Source: an uncultured Gammaproteobacteria bacterium
Lineage (GTDB): Bacteria > Patescibacteriota > Patescibacteriia > SG8-24
DNA length: 64,000 nucleotides
Direction: 5' to 3'
Assembly: GCA_964491475.1 (NCBI GenBank)
Contig: CAZBFO010000005.1
Coordinates: forward strand, 64,841 to 128,840
In this document: positions 45,153 through 54,529 of the stretch, piece by piece
How the letters are laid out: each line of letters begins with the position of its first letter
How positions within the stretch are numbered: the stretch's first letter is position 1
Program-made: the position numbers and the translations under genes
The notes under the pieces: model-generated
What the model was told of the DNA's origin: nothing
Seen by the model: the letters and a program-made list of their open reading frames with translations, nothing else
Database searches by the model: none

Positions 45153-46271
45153 ATGAATGGGGCCGCGGTTGCCGTAATCGCGGCCCTTTCGACCTTCTCG
45201 CTCGCCTTTTCCGCCGCCGCGCTGGCGGCAGAAAAGCTCATCGACGCTACCGCCAAGGCCAACTTGCAGTCGGTCTACTCCTCCCGCCCTGATCTGCAAA
45301 AACTTTTCGATGAGAACGGCACCGCGACGGCCGAAATGAAACTGCGGGGTTTGTCCTCGCTCGAGGAGTGGGCCGGCAAATACGGCAGCAAGGAGTATCC
45401 CGTCAAGCTGGCCGCATACGCGCCTGCCGCCTCCAGCGTGCCGCGCGCGCTCGTCGAGAGGAGGTCGACGCTGCGGCCCGTGAAGTCCACCAGGAAAACG
45501 TTCGCGCCGCCGAGACGGTTCTCCGCGCAGGCCTACGTCGTGATCGACGAATCGACCCGCAAGGTGCTCTTGGCCAAAAACGCCGGCACCGAACGCCCGC
45601 TCGCGTCCATCTCCAAGCTGATGACCGCGCTGGTGTCGATGGATCGCGGACTGTCGCTGGACGGCACCGGCACCATCATCAGCGACGACGAGGTGGGCGG
45701 TGCGCGTCTGCGCGTCGATCCCGGCACGCCCCTCACCGTCCGCGACATCTTTGATTCCATGCTGATCGGATCGGCAAATAACGCCGCCAACGCGGTGGCT
45801 CGCTGCACCGGTCTCGCCAAGGATGATTTCGTAAAGGCCATGAATGAAAGGGCCAAGGCCATGGGCCTGTCCGACACGTCCTTCGCCGATCCTTCCGGCA
45901 TCGAGGCCGACAACACTTCGACGGCGATGGACGTGGCCGCCCTCGGATTCGAAGCCTTCGACGACCCGGAAGTGAAGCGCGCCACCACTACGCCGTCATT
46001 CACGCTGGTCGCCGCCGAGCAGACGCATACGGTCAAGAACACCGATTGGCTGCTGACCGACGTCCGCAACGGCTTGTACGTGATGGGCGGCAAGACGGGT
46101 TATCTCGAAGAGTCCGGCTGGAACTTCGTGGTGAAGGTAAAGGACGCGCGCCAGCATCCGCTGATGGTCGTGGTGCTGGGATCGAGCAATCGGCGGCAGT
46201 CGTTCAACGACGCCGTGGCTCTGGCACGTTGGACTTGGGCCAATCACCGCTGGGTGACGGCCAAGAAGTGA
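45153..46271 (+). CDS. dacA: D-alanyl-D-alanine carboxypeptidase (S11 peptidase, PBP5-like)
   Basis: SISKLMT (SxxK), SAN (SxN), KTG motifs; signal peptide from Met 45153 (alternative ATG 45126; track start 45099 is TTG). Confidence 0.85.
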   Translation: MNGAAVAVIAALSTFSLAFSAAALAAEKLIDATAKANLQSVYSSRPDLQKLFDENGTATAEMKLRGLSSLEEWAGKYGSKEYPVKLAAYAPAASSVPRALVERRSTLRPVKSTRKTFAPPRRFSAQAYVVIDESTRKVLLAKNAGTERPLASISKLMTALVSMDRGLSLDGTGTIISDDEVGGARLRVDPGTPLTVRDIFDSMLIGSANNAANAVARCTGLAKDDFVKAMNERAKAMGLSDTSFADPSGIEADNTSTAMDVAALGFEAFDDPEVKRATTTPSFTLVAAEQTHTVKNTDWLLTDVRNGLYVMGGKTGYLEESGWNFVVKVKDARQHPLMVVVLGSSNRRQSFNDAVALARWTWANHRWVTAKK

Positions 46272-46312
46272 AGCGTAATCAAAAGCCCCCGAATCGCTCG
46301 GAGGGCTTTTGA

Positions 46313-46873
46313 TTAATGACTCAATCCCATCAGCTCCTGCGCCTGGTGCTTGCGGTCGTTCTCGACCAGCTCCAGGAGCTGCTTGCGGATCCTGTCGGGG
46401 TGGGGGACGTCGATGAACTCGAACCGCTCGTGCTCGCCTGCCGTCTGGATGTAGACGTTGCCGTAGTCGACCATCGAGTGGAGGATTCCCTTGATCTCCG
46501 AAGTCACGTCCTGCACGCGCGCCAAATCGAGTTCCGACACCGTGCGCGAGAACATGCCGTTCTGCGAAACGTCGAGGACGCGGACGGTGGTCACCAGGTA
46601 CACGTCGAGGTAATAGTCGATGAACTTGGTGATGAAGAAAAGCCAGAGCATCAGGTAGAAGGCGCTGACCAGCAGCACCAGCACCGGACGCATGATCGTG
46701 CCGGTCAGCAGCGCCGGCCAGACGCCGCCGAGCATGACATACAGGCCGACTGGCAGAGCCGCCAGCACGATGAGCATGACCAGTTCGCCGAAGAATGTGA
46801 TCCAATGGCTGCGCATCTGGAAGATGATGTGCTCGTCGCCGTTCTTTTTGATGAGCGTGTCGAGGTCGATCAT
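46313..46873 (-). CDS. bacterial PH-domain (bPH_2/DUF304) membrane protein, YdbS/YdbT-like
   Basis: Two N-terminal TM helices followed by PH-like domain; 186 aa. Confidence 0.65.
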   Translation of the reverse strand: MIDLDTLIKKNGDEHIIFQMRSHWITFFGELVMLIVLAALPVGLYVMLGGVWPALLTGTIMRPVLVLLVSAFYLMLWLFFITKFIDYYLDVYLVTTVRVLDVSQNGMFSRTVSELDLARVQDVTSEIKGILHSMVDYGNVYIQTAGEHERFEFIDVPHPDRIRKQLLELVENDRKHQAQELMGLSH

Positions 46874-47130
46874 AGGGTGGAGTGCAAGCCGCCGAACGAC
46901 GGGCCGCCGATGTTAATGGGTTCGTTCCAATCCGTCTTCGCCAGCGCCTGCCAAGTGAAGAAGAAGACGAATACCGCGCCGGCCAGGAAGGCGAAAGTAG
47001 CCAGGAAGCTGGTGCCGGTCGTGGCGCCGTAGCGCACCAGGTTGTGGACGCTGTACGCGGCGATGAACAGGAACAGCGCCACCACGACGCCGTAGGGAAT
47101 GAGGATGAGGATGAGGGGGAAACTTAGCAT
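46870..47130 (-). CDS. small two-TM membrane protein
   Basis: Met 47130 is 4 nt after ruvB stop; ATGA overlap with downstream gene; 86 aa. Confidence 0.45.
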   Translation of the reverse strand: MLSFPLILILIPYGVVVALFLFIAAYSVHNLVRYGATTGTSFLATFAFLAGAVFVFFFTWQALAKTDWNEPINIGGPSFGGLHSTL

Positions 47131-47134
47131 AGCG

Positions 47135-48181
<1,047 letters not shown>

Positions 48182-48341
48182 GTTTAGACGGTAAATGCGG
48201 TCTTTTCCTGCTCCGACGCTGGCTTTAGTGTATAGGAAACGGCTTTAATTGGACAGCATCCGGCAGATTGATGCGGAGCTGAAAAGAGACTACTATTTCC
48301 TTATATTATGAGGTCGCAATGCAGTCTGGGCATTGTTTTGT

Positions 48342-49343
48342 ATGACAGTTGTTCCCCCGGGTGCGTCCGCAAAATTTAGAGAGGTCTACCGACCGCAACT
48401 TTGGGAATGGATTTACTTGTCCTTGTTCGCCGTCTTTTTCGCTTTGCTCGTCCTCGTTGCCCGCTTTTTTGGGTGGGAATCCGGATCCGCTCGCTGGTAC
48501 GATTTGGCAGCATCGCTTTTGGGAATGAGGCCGGACGACAATTTGTACTCCCTCGCTGCTACACTGCTCATTCTGATATTCATTTATTTAAACAAGGGCG
48601 AAACGGCTATCGTGACAGACGACATGCTGGTGGTTGGTCGGGATCGCTACGTATTTGGGTATGCGCAGATAAAGAGGGTCATTCCTGTGACGTTTGACGT
48701 AGGCCGGCGCGGAGACATTAACGTCAAGACCGCTGGTCAAGACTTCATGGACGTGTGGGCTCCCATGAGTTTTACGAACCTTTTGCTTTACTCCATTGAG
48801 GGAGTTGGGGTCGTTGTCGAATTTGTCGATCAATCTAAGCCGATATTGTTGCCATCGCATCGTCAGCAAGAACTGCTTGCTGCGCTGGAGCCACTGGTGG
48901 CACGCCGTAAGTCAGAAGGACTGCCGGAATACTCGCCATCGTCCGTCACGGTCCACGGCCTGAAGGCACAGGACCGTCTTGTCCGCGAAGCGAAAAAGGA
49001 AATCCTGTGGCCATACGTGCTTTTTGCCGCCACGGGTATTTGGCTCATTTCCTCGGCAACAGTAGCCTTGGTGCCGCCGGTTTGGGGCGTCGCCGTCATC
49101 ATCGCGCTGGTTGCCGTCATCGATATTTTTGGAGGCTTTTGGGTTGGGAAAATGGCCAGGAACAATGAAATACGCAACGGTACGGCGTTGGCAATTGCGG
49201 TCATTTTCTGGCAGCTTCTTTCGTTGGGCAACGCACGGTCAGGTCAGCTCCCGCTTGTCATCGGGCTCGTCGTCATTGCCGTACCTGCAACGTTGAGCGG
49301 CGCCGCCATTGCGGCTCGTTCGCGCCGCAGCACCCCAAAATAA
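48342..49343 (+). CDS. hypothetical integral membrane protein; compositionally atypical (lower GC)
   Basis: Several TM helices; GC visibly lower (~50-55%) than neighbours; ATG 48342 (track start 48333 is TTG). Confidence 0.55.
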   Translation: MTVVPPGASAKFREVYRPQLWEWIYLSLFAVFFALLVLVARFFGWESGSARWYDLAASLLGMRPDDNLYSLAATLLILIFIYLNKGETAIVTDDMLVVGRDRYVFGYAQIKRVIPVTFDVGRRGDINVKTAGQDFMDVWAPMSFTNLLLYSIEGVGVVVEFVDQSKPILLPSHRQQELLAALEPLVARRKSEGLPEYSPSSVTVHGLKAQDRLVREAKKEILWPYVLFAATGIWLISSATVALVPPVWGVAVIIALVAVIDIFGGFWVGKMARNNEIRNGTALAIAVIFWQLLSLGNARSGQLPLVIGLVVIAVPATLSGAAIAARSRRSTPK

Positions 49344-49369
49344 ATAAACGACCTCCTAAGTTTATCTCG

Positions 49370-50068
49370 ATGATTTCCGTCTTTCCGTCCGGCTCACGCG
49401 GCCACGTCGACTTCGGCTGGCTCGATACCCGTCATTCCTTTTCGTTCGGCAACTGGTACAACCCCGATCGCATGGGCTTTCACGCGCTGCGGGTCATAAA
49501 CGAGGACCGCATCTTGCCCGACAACGGCTTCGGCAAGCATTTCCATGACGACATGGAGATTCTCACCTACGTCTACGAGGGCGCGCTGACTCATCAGGAC
49601 AACGCCGGCGGCGGGGGAGTGATTCGGCGCGGCGACGTGCAGCGCATGAGCGCCGGCCGCGGCATCATTCACAGCGAGTTCAACAAGTCGAAGACGTCGG
49701 AATGCAAGCTGCTGCAGATTTGGATCATTCCGAATGAATTCGGCATCGCGCCGGAATACGACCAGAAGCAGTTTTCCGAGGACTCGAAGCGCGGCACGCT
49801 GCGGTTGATCGCCTCGGGCGACGGGCGCGACGGTTCGCTGCGCATGCACCAGGACGCGAACGTGTACGCATCGATTTTGCCGAAGGGCCGTGGCGCGGAA
49901 TTGCCGCTGACAACGGGCCGACACGCGTGGCTGCAGGTGGTACGCGGCCACTTGGAGATAAACGAGACGCCTCTCATGGCCGGCGATGGTGCGGAGATCG
50001 AAGGCGAAACTCGCTTGGATTGCGCCGCGAAAGAGGAGGCGGAGTTTTTGATTTTCGATTTGCCGTAG
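49370..50068 (+). CDS. pirin family protein (cupin)
   Basis: HFHDDMEILTYVYEG and HSEFN metal-binding cupin motifs. Confidence 0.9.
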   Translation: MISVFPSGSRGHVDFGWLDTRHSFSFGNWYNPDRMGFHALRVINEDRILPDNGFGKHFHDDMEILTYVYEGALTHQDNAGGGGVIRRGDVQRMSAGRGIIHSEFNKSKTSECKLLQIWIIPNEFGIAPEYDQKQFSEDSKRGTLRLIASGDGRDGSLRMHQDANVYASILPKGRGAELPLTTGRHAWLQVVRGHLEINETPLMAGDGAEIEGETRLDCAAKEEAEFLIFDLP

Positions 50069-50112
50069 CGATTGCGAGCAAAGAAAAGACCTCGCCAGCC
50101 GGGGAGCCAATG

Positions 50113-50142
50113 CAAAAGGCGCAGGAAAGTTCCTGCGCCTTT
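50113..50142. terminator. bidirectional rho-independent terminator
   Basis: aaaa-ggcgcagga-aagt-tcctgcgcc-tttg between convergent genes. Confidence 0.65.
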
Positions 50143-50159
50143 GTCGTGAGATGAGACGG

Positions 50160-50489
50160 TCAGTTCCGGACGCCGGCGTCCGTGTCGACCACGATGGTCC
50201 ACTCGGAGAGCATCCAGCCGAGAACGGCGATTTTCAGGTTGTGGTCGATGTCGAAGGAGTGGAGCAGCGCCTTGAAGCAGTCCCACTGCTTCGTTTGGAG
50301 CGCCTTGTCGTCCGTGTTGAAGGCCAGCTTGGTCTTCTTGGTTCCCTCGACGAAGGTGAAGTAGGCGATCTCGGTCCAACGATTGCCCCTCTTGAAATCC
50401 TCGGGGCAGCTTTGAACGAGTTCCTGCTCGTTGGAGAGGCCGCCAAAGCCGAAGGGGGTGCCGGAGCAGAGCATTTCAGCAGCGTTCAT
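50160..50489 (-). CDS. hypothetical protein (109 aa) driven by module promoter copy D
   Basis: AAGAGG RBS; MNAAEMLCSGTPFGFGG...; no recognised domain. Confidence 0.55.
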   Translation of the reverse strand: MNAAEMLCSGTPFGFGGLSNEQELVQSCPEDFKRGNRWTEIAYFTFVEGTKKTKLAFNTDDKALQTKQWDCFKALLHSFDIDHNLKIAVLGWMLSEWTIVVDTDAGVRN

Positions 50490-50555
50490 TCTGGGCCTCT
50501 TTTTGTATGGCTAGCGTTGCCGGTATTCGTTGATAAAACAGCGAAACTTAGGCTA

Positions 50556-50584
50556 AGGATAGCATAAAATTTGAATTTTGTCAA
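50556..50584 (-). promoter_or_regulatory. conserved extended promoter (module copy D)
   Basis: Minus strand cccTTGACAaaattcaaattttaTGCTATCCT. Confidence 0.5.
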
Positions 50585-50611
50585 GGGTGCAACAAAGTAA
50601 AAATCGCTACG

Positions 50612-50650
50612 AAAAAGCGCCTCTCCCACTTTGGGCTTGAGGCGCTTTTT
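50612..50650. terminator. bidirectional terminator adjacent to tRNA-Leu
   Basis: aaaaa-gcgcctc-(loop)-gaggcgc-ttttt. Confidence 0.55.
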
Positions 50651-50652
50651 CG

Positions 50653-50740
50653 TGGTGCCCAGGGCCGGACTCGAACCGGCATGAGGTTTCCCTCGGGAGA
50701 TTTTAAGTCTCCGGTGTCTGACCAATTTCACCACCCGGGC
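50653..50740 (-). tRNA. tRNA-Leu (anticodon TAA)
   Basis: GCCCGGG acceptor, GGTGAAATTGGTCAGACAC D-arm, anticodon loop CTTAAAA, long variable arm, CCGGTTCGAGTCCGG T-arm, CCA encoded; 88 nt. Confidence 0.85.
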
Positions 50741-50774
50741 GCGCGCAAAACATACGGCATTTCTGCCGGGTTGT

Positions 50775-51782
50775 CTAACGCTTGCGCTTGGATTTTTTCT
50801 CGAATGCCAGCGCGGCGGATTCGATTTCTCCGCGATCAAAGCGGGTCGTCGCGTCCGGAGTAATCATGCCGAGCACTTTGTAGACGTCGTCCTCGGTGCG
50901 CGAAGCGAGGCGCTTTTTTCCTTTCCAAATGCCGTACTCGTTCAGCTTCAAGCCCTTGGTGATGGCCATTTTGCGCACGGTGACGTTGTGGTTCTTGTCG
51001 CCGGTAAAATATTGCAACGCCGCGCCGAAGCTTTCGTCGGTGATGACACGCACGTCGGCCTGCATGCCGTTGGTCAAACGCACGGTGGTCTTGGTCGGAC
51101 CGTGTTCCAGCACTTCAGTGACTTCGGGGAAACCGGTGAACACGGCCATCACTTTCTCCGGCTGCGAGGTGGTCACTAGGATGTCGATGTCGCCGATGGT
51201 TTCCTGGCGGCGTCGCACCGAGCCGGCCACTTCGGCGTGCTTCACGCCGCGCAGCGCGCGAAGTTCCGCGACCATGCGCTCGGCGATCGGCAGCACTTCG
51301 GCCAACGGGTGTCGGCCGGTCGCCGTTTTCATGCGTGCGAGGCTCTGACGGATTTTTTCCTCGGTCTTGGCGCCAAGCCCGGGCAGCTTTGAGAGCGATC
51401 CGTCCCGCACGACGCGTTCCAGGTCGGCAAGCGTCTTCACCTTGAGCTTCTTGTACAGCAGCTTGGCCCGTTTCGCGCCGACTTCGTCGACCGAGGTGAG
51501 CAGGAGCAGGTCCATCGGGTAGCGCTTCTTGCAGGTGCGGTATTCGGCGAACGAACCGGTGGCGAGCAGCTTCTCGACGTGCTTGCTGATGGCTTCGCCG
51601 ACGCCCTCGATTTTTCGCAACGCCTTCCGTCCGCCTTCGGCATAGAGCGTTTCGGCCTGCTCGTGCGCGCCGGCAAACGCGTCCGCCGCGCGCTCGTACG
51701 CGGCAGGCTTGAACGTCACCCCGTCCATCTCGTAGCAGATGGCCATCTCGCGGAGCACATTGGCGATTTCCTGATTCGTCAT
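50775..51782 (-). CDS. DNA polymerase beta-like (family X) nucleotidyltransferase, no PHP domain
   Basis: HhH motifs (GVGEAISKHV, PGLGAKTEEKI) and GSVRRRQETIGDIDILV catalytic Asp pair; 335 aa. Confidence 0.85.
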   Translation of the reverse strand: MTNQEIANVLREMAICYEMDGVTFKPAAYERAADAFAGAHEQAETLYAEGGRKALRKIEGVGEAISKHVEKLLATGSFAEYRTCKKRYPMDLLLLTSVDEVGAKRAKLLYKKLKVKTLADLERVVRDGSLSKLPGLGAKTEEKIRQSLARMKTATGRHPLAEVLPIAERMVAELRALRGVKHAEVAGSVRRRQETIGDIDILVTTSQPEKVMAVFTGFPEVTEVLEHGPTKTTVRLTNGMQADVRVITDESFGAALQYFTGDKNHNVTVRKMAITKGLKLNEYGIWKGKKRLASRTEDDVYKVLGMITPDATTRFDRGEIESAALAFEKKSKRKR

Positions 51783-51896
51783 ATGCGGCAGTGTAGCAAA
51801 TGCGCCGTTTTTTCGCAGTCTCCGGGATTGACGGCGCCGATATTTCGTGCAATCCTCTCCGGGTCCTTTTCACTCAAGAACTGGACAGGAGAAGTC

Positions 51897-53111
51897 ATGC
51901 GATTCCGAACCTGGGTCACGTTCTTGTGCTTGCTTCTGTCGTCGCTGTGCGCGGCGACGGCGTGGGCGGCTCCGCCAGATGCGGCTGCCGCGGCACAACT
52001 GGCGTCGGCACGTCGCAGCGTCATCGCGCTTCAGGAAACCGCCGAGCGCGGCACGATCACCCGCAGCCAGGCCGAAGAGGCCTCGCGCCCGTACCTCGAG
52101 CAGGCGGCGAAGGCAGTCGGCCACCCCGTCACCGTCGAGCAGCTGGTCACCATGCCGGACGCCGAGGCGACCGCCGCCCCCGAACCGCAGCTCACCGGAC
52201 TGCAGCGGTTCGCGGGCTATATCACCCTGATCAACGTCCTGAAGACCTTGGGTGCCGCACTGGGCGTCCTGTGCTTCACGATCCTCTTTGGCTCGTACGT
52301 GATCGACCTGATCAAGGCGCTCAAGAACGTGCCGCTGGTCGTCTATGAAGTCATTTTCTACGGCTTGAGCGTCGGCCTGCTCGTCTACGGACGCACGTTG
52401 TCCGCCGAGAACGCGCCGTACTGTGGCTTGGTAGGTTCGCTGCTCTTTGCGGGCACGATGGCCTTCTCGCGGAAGATGCGCAAGTTCGTCGACGACGGGT
52501 TCCGCTTCTGCGGCATCCTGTTCGTGATCTGGACGGCAACCGCCCTGGTGTACCACAGCTCGATGATCGGCTTCATCGCCGTGACCGCGCTGCTCGGGGC
52601 ACTGGGATTCAGCGTCGCCGCGGGCCCGCTGTGCTACTGCATCGGCTTCAAGGACGAGGCGGCCGTCGGCAAGGCGACTTCCTCGGCGTTCCTGATCCTG
52701 GCGACGTTCGTGGGCATGCGCGTCCTCGGAAAGCACGTCGTCGTCCTCGCGCCGTTCGAGTTCGGCGCGCTCTTCATGGGCAGCTTCGTCGGCTACCTCG
52801 GTCTGCTCATCTCGTCGAGCCGCTGGTATGACGGCAAGCGCGCCAACTACGTGCTGTTCCAGATCGTCACGATCGTCGCCGGCTTCGCGGCCATCTTTGT
52901 CGGTTCGGTCTTCGGCATCGGCGAGCTGCTCAAGATCGGCGGCACCTTCTTCGTCCTGTATATCTTGGAGAAGACCATCGAGATTCCGGCCAGCGGCGTT
53001 CGCGGTTACGCGGCAGTCGGCCTCGCCGCGTCCGTCGTCCTGTTCGCCATCGGCATGTTCGCCCGCAGCAACATGGACCTGGTCGCCCCGTATCTGTTCA
53101 CGCTGCACTGA
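51897..53111 (+). CDS. hypothetical polytopic membrane protein with cleavable signal peptide
   Basis: GGAG RBS; MRFRTWVTFLCLLLSSLCAATAWA signal; ~8 TM helices; track ORF start 51579 unsupported. Confidence 0.65.
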   Translation: MRFRTWVTFLCLLLSSLCAATAWAAPPDAAAAAQLASARRSVIALQETAERGTITRSQAEEASRPYLEQAAKAVGHPVTVEQLVTMPDAEATAAPEPQLTGLQRFAGYITLINVLKTLGAALGVLCFTILFGSYVIDLIKALKNVPLVVYEVIFYGLSVGLLVYGRTLSAENAPYCGLVGSLLFAGTMAFSRKMRKFVDDGFRFCGILFVIWTATALVYHSSMIGFIAVTALLGALGFSVAAGPLCYCIGFKDEAAVGKATSSAFLILATFVGMRVLGKHVVVLAPFEFGALFMGSFVGYLGLLISSSRWYDGKRANYVLFQIVTIVAGFAAIFVGSVFGIGELLKIGGTFFVLYILEKTIEIPASGVRGYAAVGLAASVVLFAIGMFARSNMDLVAPYLFTLH

Positions 53112-53123
53112 CCGCACGCTTCG

Positions 53124-53151
53124 TCCCCGGCATTTCGTCGGGGATTTTTTT
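53124..53151 (+). terminator. rho-independent terminator
   Basis: tccccg-gcatttcgt-cgggga followed by TTTTTTT. Confidence 0.6.
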
Positions 53152-53340
53152 ATACGAAAATCCGCCCGATTGCGAGGGCGGAAGCAGGTCATTTTTCCTT
53201 GCCGAAGAGCCGGTTGCAGATTTTGTCGACCAGGTACAGCGGGCCGATCAGCAGTTGCAGGAGGTTGGTGAGAAAGGCGGGAGAGCCGCGAAAAGGAGCG
53301 GGATGACTTTGTCGGGAAGCGGGCATTGCGTCAACCGCAA

Positions 53341-53375
53341 AGAAAAAACGTCGGCATCGCGATGATGCCGACGTT
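53341..53375 (-). terminator. rho-independent terminator after Cys-rich lipoprotein gene
   Basis: Minus strand: aacgtcggcatc-atcgc-gatgccgacgtt followed by TTTTTTCTTT. Confidence 0.65.
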
Positions 53376-53386
53376 GCGTGTCGGAG

Positions 53387-54073
53387 CTACTGGCCGCTGC
53401 AGGCCCCGGCGCTGTCGCCGTGCGCCAAGTGCGCCTTGACTGCGGATTTGCCCACGCAGATGGTGTGGGCTTCGCCGTGGTTGCCGGGCGGAACGTGGCA
53501 GACGAGCGCCTTTGAAGCCGGACACTCGGGCGGTCCGCCCGAGTGGTCGTGGCCGCTGCAGTGCGGCACGCATGCGCCGTCGTCGCAGACTTTTCCGTCG
53601 GGGCAGTCGCTGTCGCGGCGGCAGCCGGAACCGGTTCCGTCTCCGGCATCACCCGAGGAACCCCCCGAGTCGCCGTTGCCCGAACCCGCATCGTTGCCGC
53701 CGCCGGAGCCGCCGCCGGAATCTTCCGACGAGCCGCTGCCGGCATCCTGCGTCTGACCTCCGCCGCCGGCATCGTCACTGGTCGAGCCGCCGCCGTCGCA
53801 GTCCGGCCTGCAGAGATGGTCTTGGCAGATCTGCCCTGCGCCGCACTCGCGATCGTCCTCGCAGGACGTCGAACCCGGGTTGCCGCCTTGGCCGTCGTTG
53901 TCGGGGTTTACCCCGCTCGTCGGCGGACCATTGGGCGTGGGCTGGTCGTTCTGGCCGCCACCGTTATCGGTCGCGTCCGCTCCAACCTCCGAGCCGCAGC
54001 CGATGGAAACGGCGCAGCCGATGAGTGCCAGGATGACAATTGATGTTCCGGTCGTTTTGATCGTTACGTTCAT
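53387..54073 (-). CDS. secreted Gly/Ser/Asp-rich lipoprotein with two Cys-rich repeats
   Basis: GGAGAGG RBS; signal MNVTIKTTGTSIVILALIGC; repeats CEDDRECGAGQICQDHLCRPDC and CRRDSDCPDGKVCDDGACVPHC separated by GGS/D low-complexity. Confidence 0.6.
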   Translation of the reverse strand: MNVTIKTTGTSIVILALIGCAVSIGCGSEVGADATDNGGGQNDQPTPNGPPTSGVNPDNDGQGGNPGSTSCEDDRECGAGQICQDHLCRPDCDGGGSTSDDAGGGGQTQDAGSGSSEDSGGGSGGGNDAGSGNGDSGGSSGDAGDGTGSGCRRDSDCPDGKVCDDGACVPHCSGHDHSGGPPECPASKALVCHVPPGNHGEAHTICVGKSAVKAHLAHGDSAGACSGQ

Positions 54074-54221
54074 CTGAACCTCTCCGTGGTCAAGGAGCCT
54101 CTGTACGTCAGAGTACAGCAAAAAAACGTCAAAAAGTCAATACTCGCCCGGTTTCCGAGAGGGTGGTCACGACGATGCATAAGTGTTAAGCTCGACACGT
54201 CATTCACTCACTCCTGTCGCT

Positions 54222-54401
54222 ATGCCTAAGGTTTGCACCGAATGCGGGTTCGCGGCTCCCATGCCCGAACCGCCAGTCCCCCCAAAGGGCGCGGGGACCG
54301 TTCCTCCAGTCGAGGAACCGAACAAGTGCCTGAACTGCGGCAAGGAAGGCACGATGGAAGAAGTGCCCGACTTGCCGAGCGGCGAAGAAGAGCAGGAGTA
54401 A
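54222..54401 (+). CDS. small zinc-ribbon protein (CxxC...CxxC)
   Basis: MPKVCTECGF...NKCLNCGKEG; 59 aa; no clear RBS. Confidence 0.35.
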   Translation: MPKVCTECGFAAPMPEPPVPPKGAGTVPPVEEPNKCLNCGKEGTMEEVPDLPSGEEEQE

Positions 54402-54437
54402 GACGAAAGCCGCGGTGCCCCTGCGGTTTTTGCTTAT

Positions 54438-54466
54438 CTTGACGCGCGGCTCTTTTTCGGCTATTT
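54438..54466 (+). promoter_or_regulatory. sigma70-like promoter
   Basis: TTGACG-17 nt-TATTTT, 60-nt leader, AAGGAG RBS before ATG 54530. Confidence 0.45.
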
Positions 54467-54529
54467 TGACATGTCCCTTCGCCATCAGGCGCGGGGCAAA
54501 TGTTCGCCGCTACAAAGGAGAGATAAAGA

